From: an uncultured delta proteobacterium
GTDB lineage: Bacteria > Desulfobacterota > Binatia > UBA9968
Direction: 5' to 3'
Length of the DNA stretch: 64,000 nucleotides
NCBI GenBank assembly: GCA_963840855.1
Contig: CAWJBB010000021.1
Span: 64,001 to 128,000 of the forward strand
Shown here: positions 56,981 to 64,000 of the stretch, piece after piece
Layout: each line of letters begins with the position of its first letter
How positions within the stretch are numbered: the first letter of the stretch is position 1
Made by a program: the position numbers and the translations under genes
The notes under the pieces: model-generated
Seen by the model: the letters and a program-made list of their open reading frames with translations, nothing else
Databases searched by the model: none
Told to the model about the DNA's origin: nothing

Positions 56981-59392
56981 TCACTGACTACCGATGGAAA
57001 AGCCAATGACCGAAGTGTCATCGCCAGGCTGCTTACTGAGCGGGAAGCCAAGTTCAACGCGAAGAGGACCGAAGGGGGACATCCAACGTCCACCGAAACC
57101 AACCGACCGCCTGAAATCTGAAAGGCTAATACTTCCATTAAACGCATTACCCATATCGAAGAAGGCCACGCCCCTTAAGCCGTACTGCTCCAGGATGGGA
57201 AACAAAATTTCAGCGCTGAAGAACGCCGATTTATCGCCGCCGATCACATCGTCGGTCTGCGTGCACGTCGCAGTATCCTCGTCATTCGTCACGCAGCTCG
57301 TAGCTCTTGGACCAATGCTCCGCTCGGCGAAACCGCGCACGGAGTTCATGCCGCCCAGGAAGAATCTCTCGAACAGCGGGAGCTCGTTCCCATCCGAGGT
57401 CTTGCCAAACCCTATTCCATAGCCCAATCCCCCGCCAAGTGACAAAACATAAGCGCCGCCCCAGTTCGGATCCTTGAGCAACGGATAGTACCAGCGTCCG
57501 ATCAGATCCATTTTCATAAAGCGATTATCGCCGCCCAGCCCTGCGGTTTTGACCAAAAACGCGGACTTGGCGCCCTCCGTGGGATTGAAGAAATGGTCGC
57601 GGCTGTCGTAGGTGATTCCCGGCGTCACCGCGCTGGTTAACGAAGTGCCCTCTTGGTCCTTTATGGATTGTGCCGCTCCGGCATCGATTTTATCAATCGT
57701 CTCACGGGTAAGTTCGTACGAAACCCCGCCCCGCATAAAATCCCAGATCGTAGGCGGAGCGTTTTCCGGCAGCTCGTCGGAACCGAGGGACCGCGTCCTC
57801 TTGTTGGCGCCGAAAAACGGCAGCGAAGCGTATTTGAGCGGATAGCTTGTGTTGACCGCGAAGCCCAAGCGGCTCTCATCGTACGCATTGTACTCGCGCG
57901 TGGTGTTGAACGCATCGATGCCCAGCGACATGCGGCTTTCGTTCCAGTAAGGCTCGTTAAAGCTAAAGATAAAATCCTGCCGCAGGTTGCCGATGCTAAA
58001 ATTGCCGCTGACGCCTTGGCCGCGGCCGAGAAAATTTTTCTCCGCGACGGAGGCATTGAAAATAAAACCATCGCCGCTGCTGTAGCCCGCACCTACCGAG
58101 AATGTCCCCGTCGTTCCTTCTTTGACATCGACATGGAGGTCGACGGTGTCGGGCTGGTCGGTCTTTTTGGTAGTCAACTGCACATCTTCGAAATAGCCGG
58201 TGCGCTGCAGCGCGTTGCGGCTTTGGGTGACCATGTTGCTGGAAAAAAGCTCCTGCTCCGTGGTGAGCAATTCGCGGCGCACGACGTTATCGCGGGTCTT
58301 GTTGTTACCCGAGACGAGCACCCGGTTGAAATACACCGGCGGCCCCCGGGTGACGATCAAAGCGATATCGACGTTTTTGTCCTGCGCGTTCACTTTCGTC
58401 ACCGGATCCACTTGAGCGAATGCAAATCCCTTGTTCGTATACGTCTCGGTGAGCGACGTGATGTCCTCGCGCAGCCGGCTGCCGCGAAAAATCTGGCCGC
58501 TGGTGATTTTGACCTTCTTTAGGATCTGTTTGCCATCCTCGATGAGCTCTCCGCCGATTTCCACTTTGCCGACCCGGTATTGGTCGCCTTCGTGGACCCG
58601 GATCACGATCTCCAGCCCGTCCCGCGCCCGCAGCACCACCGGATCATCGAATTTACTATCGATATAGCCATGATCCAGATAGTGGTTGGACAGAATCGCC
58701 ATGTCGTTGGTCAACACATCGCGGTCCAGCACGCCGCGATTGGTAAGCAACGACAGAATCGATTCCTCTTTAGTTGCGATCAAATCCTTGAGGTCGCTTT
58801 CGCTGAAAATTTTGTTGCCTTCGAACGATATCCGTGTGATCAGCAGCCGCGCCCCTTCAAGGACATCCAGAACTACCACCGCTTGGTTATTGGCTTCCGT
58901 CGAGACCACATAGTCGACCCGCGCATTGACGTAGCCTTGATCGCTGTAGAGTTTTCGGACCTTCTCAACGCCTTCGATAACTTTGCCGCGGTCGAGCACC
59001 GAGCGTGGAACTATCCCCAACGCGGTTTCGATCTTTTCCTTGCCCAACTGGGAGTTGCCCTGAATCTTGACTTCGCGAACATAGGGTTTCTCTTTGACCG
59101 CGTAGGTCAGGACGCCGTCAGCGGAAAGCTCGGCGCGCACGTCGTCAAAAAATCCCATGCGGAAGATCGCCTTGACATCTTGCTCGACGATGCCAGGGTC
59201 ATACGAGGCGCCGGCCCGATTCTTTAAATGCAGCCGGATACCCTCGTCCTCGACACGCACGTTGCCGGAAATCTTGACCTCTTTAAGCGTGATTTTTTCC
59301 TGGGCTTGCGCCGGGGCCCGCACAATCCCGGCAACAATACCGAGCAGAAATGCCGCAATGGCGGCTATGCCTGGCAGAGTTTTAGGTTTCAT
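56981..59392 (-). CDS. bamA: Outer membrane protein assembly factor BamA
   Basis: Signal peptide, POTRA repeats, GNNKTRDNVVRRE, VRGF, SPFGPL. Confidence 0.96.
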   Translation of the reverse strand: MKPKTLPGIAAIAAFLLGIVAGIVRAPAQAQEKITLKEVKISGNVRVEDEGIRLHLKNRAGASYDPGIVEQDVKAIFRMGFFDDVRAELSADGVLTYAVKEKPYVREVKIQGNSQLGKEKIETALGIVPRSVLDRGKVIEGVEKVRKLYSDQGYVNARVDYVVSTEANNQAVVVLDVLEGARLLITRISFEGNKIFSESDLKDLIATKEESILSLLTNRGVLDRDVLTNDMAILSNHYLDHGYIDSKFDDPVVLRARDGLEIVIRVHEGDQYRVGKVEIGGELIEDGKQILKKVKITSGQIFRGSRLREDITSLTETYTNKGFAFAQVDPVTKVNAQDKNVDIALIVTRGPPVYFNRVLVSGNNKTRDNVVRRELLTTEQELFSSNMVTQSRNALQRTGYFEDVQLTTKKTDQPDTVDLHVDVKEGTTGTFSVGAGYSSGDGFIFNASVAEKNFLGRGQGVSGNFSIGNLRQDFIFSFNEPYWNESRMSLGIDAFNTTREYNAYDESRLGFAVNTSYPLKYASLPFFGANKRTRSLGSDELPENAPPTIWDFMRGGVSYELTRETIDKIDAGAAQSIKDQEGTSLTSAVTPGITYDSRDHFFNPTEGAKSAFLVKTAGLGGDNRFMKMDLIGRWYYPLLKDPNWGGAYVLSLGGGLGYGIGFGKTSDGNELPLFERFFLGGMNSVRGFAERSIGPRATSCVTNDEDTATCTQTDDVIGGDKSAFFSAEILFPILEQYGLRGVAFFDMGNAFNGSISLSDFRRSVGFGGRWMSPFGPLRVELGFPLSKQPGDDTSVIGFSIGSQ

Positions 59393-59481
59393 TCTGGAGC
59401 GCGGAGCGTGCTGCCGTAACCTTTGATTTAATTCCTAAGTTATTTAACAAATTACATTACTTTTGTAAAGCAAATCGCGCT

Positions 59482-60165
59482 TTAGCCAAGCCCCCCTCCA
59501 AGTCTACCCGCCTTGAGTTCAACCTGCCGGCCGATTTTGTGGGCAAACTCCCGATTGTGAGTCGCGATGATCATGGCTATACCCTGGTCGCGGTTTAGCT
59601 TGAATAGTAGCTGCTGAACTTCGTCGCCAATGCGTACGTCTAAAGAGCCTGTGGGCTCGTCTGCCAAGATCAATTTTGGCTGTAGGATCACGGAACGGGC
59701 CACGGCGACGCGCTGCTGCTCGCCTCCCGATAACTTGCCCGGACGGTGGCTCATCCGGTCTTTGAGGCCAACCATCTCCAGTAACGTCTCCGCCCCGAGC
59801 TTCGCCGTACCAGGCGCCACACCCTGGATGAGCGCCGGAAACATGACGTTTTCCAGGGCGGAAAAATCGGGCAATAGATAGTGAAACTGAAAGATAAAGC
59901 CGATTTCCCGATTGCGAAATTCAGACAGCGCGGCTTCATCCGTGAGGGGGAGCGCGTTGCCGCGGTAGAGAATCTCCCCGCTGGTGGGGCGGTCCAGGGT
60001 GCCGATGATATGAAGTAGCGTGCTTTTGCCGACGCCGGACTCGCCGATCACCGCGAGCCGTTCACCCTCCTCCAGCTCGAAATCCACTCCTTGCAGAACA
60101 TGAATTTCACTTCCCCCTTCGGTGAAGGATTTGTGCAGGTCGTAAACCCGCAGCAGACTACTCAT
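59482..60165 (-). CDS. lolD: Lipoprotein-releasing ABC transporter ATP-binding subunit
   Basis: GESGVGKST, FQFHYLL, LSGGEQQR, ADEPTG. Start reset to ATG 60165. Confidence 0.92.
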   Translation of the reverse strand: MSSLLRVYDLHKSFTEGGSEIHVLQGVDFELEEGERLAVIGESGVGKSTLLHIIGTLDRPTSGEILYRGNALPLTDEAALSEFRNREIGFIFQFHYLLPDFSALENVMFPALIQGVAPGTAKLGAETLLEMVGLKDRMSHRPGKLSGGEQQRVAVARSVILQPKLILADEPTGSLDVRIGDEVQQLLFKLNRDQGIAMIIATHNREFAHKIGRQVELKAGRLGGGLG

Positions 60166-61406
60166 AGCGGATGATTTCCACTGGATCCAGTTTTGCCGCC
60201 TGGCGCGACGGATAAATGCTGGCGAGTAGACAGACAATGAACGAAGCAACGGCAACGAGTAAAAAGTTGCTCCAGTAAACGCGCACCGGTACGGTGGCAA
60301 TCAAAAACATGCCCTCGGGCAACGCGAATTCGTACTGCGCAATGAAGGCGCAGACAAGCAGCCCCAACAGCACTCCCAACACAGTCCCGACCACGCCGAT
60401 AAAGCAGCCTTTGAACAGAAAAATTTTGCGGATGCTCTGTTGCGTTGCCCCCATCGAGCGCAGAATGGCAATGTCTTTTCTCTTTTCCATCACGACCATC
60501 ACGAGCGTCGCGACGATATTAAAGGCGCCTACCAGAATCATCAACAAGAGCACCAGGAAATAAACCGTCTTCTCCAGCTGCAGCGCGGAAAATAGATTGG
60601 GCCAAAGACGCGTCCAATCTTCCGCAAGATAGGGAAAACCCAGTTGCCGTTGCAAGCGCTCCGCCACCGCACGGGAATTTTTGACGTCACGGATTTTCAT
60701 TTCAATGTTGGTCGCCGCGCCTTCGAGATCGAAAAAATTTTGCGCCTCGCGCGAGGCCCATGAAGACCATCGCGGAATCGATCTCGCTCATGCCGGTTTT
60801 CATGATGCCGATAACCACAAAGCGCCGCACCTTTGGGATGACCCCGATGGCGGTGGGGCTGCCCAATGGCGATACCACTTGCACCGGGCTTCCCTCAAAC
60901 ACACCGAGCTGGGCGGCCAAACGTTCTCCGAGTATGACACCCGGCAATAACACCGTGCGCTCTTGCACCTGAATCGCATGCCGTGACTTGAGCGCCGCTA
61001 ATTTGCCCTTCAACAAATAGCTCTGAAGATCGACGACTTGATTGACCCGGTCGGGATCGACGCCGCGCACGACAACTCCTGAAACCCGCGCCCCGGATGT
61101 CAACATCACCTGGCCGTAGACCGTCGGTGAAGCGGCGATGACATCTTTTTCCTGCCGCAATTTCTCGATGACCCGTTCGTAATCGCGCATCGGATCCCCG
61201 GACTTCACCACCGAGATGTGCGCATTGATACCCAGCAGACGGTCGCGCAAGGTCTCCTCGAAGCCGCTCATCACCGCCATCACAACGTTCAAGGTCATGA
61301 CACCGATCATCACTCCCAGCACGGAAATAACCGTGATCAAGGAAATGAAGGTCTCCTGCCGGCGCGCCCGCAAGTAACGCAGGCCGATGAAAAATTCGTA
61401 CTTCAT
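60158..61406 (-). CDS. Lipoprotein-releasing ABC transporter permease (LolC/E/F); +1 frameshift near 60750 (probably artefact)
   Basis: IGLRYLR, VMSGF, VRGVDP; second frame carries EKRKDIAILRSMGA and YPSRQAAKLDPVEIIRYE. Confidence 0.9.
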
Positions 61407-61425
61407 TACAAAGACTTGATTTCAC

Positions 61426-61463
61426 GGTTCAAGGTTGGGTGTCCGAATCCGATATTTTGAACC
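61426..61463. repeat. Minimal copy of the GTTCAA/TTGAAC hairpin element
   Basis: GGTTCAAGG...TCCGAATCCGAT...TTTTGAACC; the spacer 12-mer is also present in the 7196-7287 copy. Confidence 0.6.
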
Positions 61464-61537
61464 CACAAGGTACAGGTTATATTAGGTTTTCATCATGATT
61501 CTGTTTTGTGAATAACGAAGTTCCGGATGGGAAAAAA

Positions 61538-63043
61538 TCAGCGCTGCGGCCTGAGGAGCGGAAACAGGATAACGTCGCGAATGGAAGGCGAATCGGTGAA
61601 CAACATCACCAGGCGGTCGATGCCGATGCCCTCGCCGGCGGCCGGCGGCATGCCAAACTCTAAAGCACGGACATAGTCGTCGTCGATCGGGTTGGCGGTA
61701 TCGTCGCCGGCAGCGCGCGCTGCCATCTGTTCGAGAAAGCGTTGCCGCTGATCGACGGGATCATTGAGCTCGGAGAAAGCATTGGCCAACTCGCGCCCAC
61801 CGATGTAGAGTTCGAAACGGTCTACCAGAGCGGGATTCTGATCGTTTTTGCGCGCCAGCGGCGAGACTTCGATCGGAAAGCCGGTCACAAAAGTCGGCTG
61901 CATGAGCTGCGCCTCCGCCACCTCCTCGAAAACCTCCACCAGCAAATTGCCGTAGGGAACCTTGAGATCGACGCGCAATCCTGTTTTCTGAGCAAACTTT
62001 TGCAATCCTTCCAGATCGTCGATCTCCCCTGGCGCAGCGCCGCCATGGGCGACAATCGCCTCGGGGATCGTCAGCCGTCGCCAGGGCGGCGTCAAGTCAA
62101 TGGTCTGGCCGGCGTAAGTCACCTGCAGCGAGCCGTTAATTTCCTTGGCGATGGCGACGAACAGCTCCTCGGTGAGCTTAATGAGATCATCGAAGGTTGC
62201 ATACGCTTGATAGAATTCGATCATGGTGAATTCCGGATTGTGGCGCACCGAAATGCCTTCGTTGCGAAAATTCCGGTTCAATTCGAAAACCCGCTCGAAG
62301 CCGCCGACCAGGAGCCGTTTCAAAAATAATTCCGGCGCCACCCGGAGGTAGAGATCCATAGCCAGCGTATTGTGGTGGGTGATAAACGGTCGAGCGGCGG
62401 CGCCGCCGGGAATTGCCTGCATCATCGGCGTTTCGACTTCGAGAAAATCACGCTCCTCAAAGAAGCGCCGCAATTGCCGCACGATGCGCGAACGTTTCTC
62501 AAAAACCTCGCGCACCTCTGGATTGACCATCAAATCGACATACCGTTGGCGGTAACGCGCCTCGACATCGGCGAGCCCATGCCACTTTTCCGGCAATGGC
62601 CGCAAGCATTTCGTCAACAAGCGAAGCTCTTGCGCTTCCAGGGTCAGCTCCTTGGTCCGGGTACGAAATAGATGGCCGGTGACGCCGACAATATCGCCGA
62701 TGTCAAGGGTGCGAAACAAAGCGTAAGCTTCCTCGCCCAGTTGGTTCTGCTGGGCGTAGACTTGCAACTGCCCGCGCCGGTCCCGCATGTGAAAAAAAGA
62801 AGCTTTGCCCATTCTTCGGATGGCCATAATCCGGCCCGCAACCCGAAGGTCTTTCGGCGCCGCGCTCAATCGCTCGTCCTCTGCAGCAGCAAAGTCCGCG
62901 ACGATTGCAGAGACCGTATGCGTCGGCTTGAAATCGTTGGGATAAGCCCGTAACCCGCCTTCCCTGAGTTTGGCGAGCTTCTGCCGCCTCACCTCGACCT
63001 GTTCGCTGCCACCATCCAGGTAATTGTTTTCCTGATCCGACAT
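61538..63043 (-). CDS. lysS: Lysine--tRNA ligase (class II)
   Basis: RYRQRY, GGAAARPF, FRNEG, HNPEFT, NAFSELNDP, GIGIDRL. Confidence 0.98.
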   Translation of the reverse strand: MSDQENNYLDGGSEQVEVRRQKLAKLREGGLRAYPNDFKPTHTVSAIVADFAAAEDERLSAAPKDLRVAGRIMAIRRMGKASFFHMRDRRGQLQVYAQQNQLGEEAYALFRTLDIGDIVGVTGHLFRTRTKELTLEAQELRLLTKCLRPLPEKWHGLADVEARYRQRYVDLMVNPEVREVFEKRSRIVRQLRRFFEERDFLEVETPMMQAIPGGAAARPFITHHNTLAMDLYLRVAPELFLKRLLVGGFERVFELNRNFRNEGISVRHNPEFTMIEFYQAYATFDDLIKLTEELFVAIAKEINGSLQVTYAGQTIDLTPPWRRLTIPEAIVAHGGAAPGEIDDLEGLQKFAQKTGLRVDLKVPYGNLLVEVFEEVAEAQLMQPTFVTGFPIEVSPLARKNDQNPALVDRFELYIGGRELANAFSELNDPVDQRQRFLEQMAARAAGDDTANPIDDDYVRALEFGMPPAAGEGIGIDRLVMLFTDSPSIRDVILFPLLRPQR

Positions 63044-63104
63044 GGTATGTGCCGTGCGGCTTAGAATCCCAATGCGACTTCAAGCTCCGGCGTAAGCGCC
63101 AGAC

Positions 63105-63968
63105 TCACAGGCCAAGATTCTCACAAACCGCCGCCACAGAGCGCGACTTGTTTAGCGAATAGAAATGAAATCCCGGCACGCCGAATCGGATAAGGTTCTC
63201 GCATTGGCGGCTGGCATATTCGATGCCCGTTTGAACCGCCGCATCGTCATCGTTTTCGACCTTGATCAATTCTTCTTCCAATTTTGCCGGGATTTTCGAC
63301 CCGCACAGGGAGACGAAGCGGCGGATCTGGGACGCCGATAAAATGGGCAATATACCGGGCACAATCGGGACGGTCAGGCCTAGCCTCCTCGCATCCTCGA
63401 CGAAACGGTAGTAATCCTCATTGTCAAAAAAAAGTTGGGTAATAACGGCCGCGGCGCCGGCATCGACTTTTTCCTGCAGATAGCGCAAGTCCGACGCGCG
63501 GCTGAGCGCGCGCGGGTGAACCTCGGGAAATCCCGCTACTGCCACCGCAAAACCGCCCCGGCTGTTCGCTTCGCGTACCAACTCCACGGCGTAATGAAAC
63601 CCGTCCGGATGCGGCTTCCACTCACTAGCTCCCTGCGGGGGATCGCCGCCCAGGGCGAGCAGATTTTCAATTCCCTTTTGCTTGAGCTTATCGAGTACGG
63701 CTCGGGCCTCGTCCTTGGACTGGCCCACGACCGTTAGATGGCACATCACCTCCAGCGCGCACTGGCGATGAATGCGGTCAACCAAGTCGACGGTTTTTTC
63801 GCGCGTGCTTCCGCCAGCCCCGTACGTAACAGAGCAGAAGGCGGGTTTGAGCCTCTTGATGATCTCGATTTCGCTGAAGAGGTTCTCGTCGCCTTTGTCT
63901 GTCTTTGGGGGAAAGAACTCGACCGAGAGGGTCAACCCCGGCTGGGCGTACAGATCGTTTAATCTCAC
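63105..63968 (-). CDS. metF: 5,10-methylenetetrahydrofolate reductase
   Basis: SVEFFPPK, SVTYGAGGS, GDPP, PEVHP, ITQLFF, HFYSLN. Confidence 0.95.
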   Translation of the reverse strand: MRLNDLYAQPGLTLSVEFFPPKTDKGDENLFSEIEIIKRLKPAFCSVTYGAGGSTREKTVDLVDRIHRQCALEVMCHLTVVGQSKDEARAVLDKLKQKGIENLLALGGDPPQGASEWKPHPDGFHYAVELVREANSRGGFAVAVAGFPEVHPRALSRASDLRYLQEKVDAGAAAVITQLFFDNEDYYRFVEDARRLGLTVPIVPGILPILSASQIRRFVSLCGSKIPAKLEEELIKVENDDDAAVQTGIEYASRQCENLIRFGVPGFHFYSLNKSRSVAAVCENLGL

Positions 63969-64000
63969 GCAAGCTGATCCTTGATGACTACCTTCGGCGT
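63965..64000 (-). CDS. 3' end of an unidentified upstream gene
   Basis: Open frame TPKVVIKDQLA* whose stop overlaps the metF GTG (GTGA); too short to identify. Confidence 0.4.
   Translation of the reverse strand, partial: TPKVVIKDQLA

Noticed and set aside
377-63984. Many long antisense or alternate-frame ORFs in the track (e.g. 7757-8743, 26090-27001, 28597-29565, 57653-58522)
   Set aside because: They shadow well-supported genes, carry no recognisable motifs and are expected in GC-rich DNA.
1-64000. tRNA, rRNA, known riboswitches, prophage or defence genes
   Set aside because: None recognisable by eye. Spacers are short and mostly explained by promoters, terminators or repeats; a covariance-model scan would be needed to exclude small RNAs.

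Overview
A GC-rich bacterial chromosome segment, mostly on the minus strand and mostly housekeeping. Gene order and protein style suggest a 'deltaproteobacterial' lineage, possibly Ca. Binatia (inference only). It carries: (i) the pheA-hisC-tyrA-aroA-cmk-rpsA-sppA-ihfB-HIT superoperon; (ii) an accessory stretch with an RluA synthase, O-methyltransferase, SDR, a COG0523/CobW GTPase with a Cys-rich C-terminal fusion, a probable lipoprotein adenosine deaminase, an M20 peptidase, mutL-miaA, a DUF151-PDZ protein, an xanthine-dehydrogenase-family molybdoenzyme (M-L-S), a BNR propeller and a UbiD decarboxylase; (iii) rfaE2-rpmB and yicC-gmk-rel; (iv) a long envelope cluster, metF-lysS-lolE-lolD-bamA-skp-lpxD-fabZ-lpxA-lpxI-(gnnA-like)-lpxB-msbA-waaA-lpxK-gmhB, followed by LPS core glycosyltransferases and kinases and a decaying GDP-heptose module. 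I see no tRNA, rRNA, CRISPR array, integrase or transposase. The most unusual signals are non-coding. Intergenic spacers repeatedly hold inverted arrays of short tandem units (7, 8 or 9 bp, with several unit sequences), and a multi-hairpin element with a sharp GTCAA/TTGAC end occurs twice in the LPS cluster. Six single-base insertions split genes, including normally essential ones, and are probably assembly errors.
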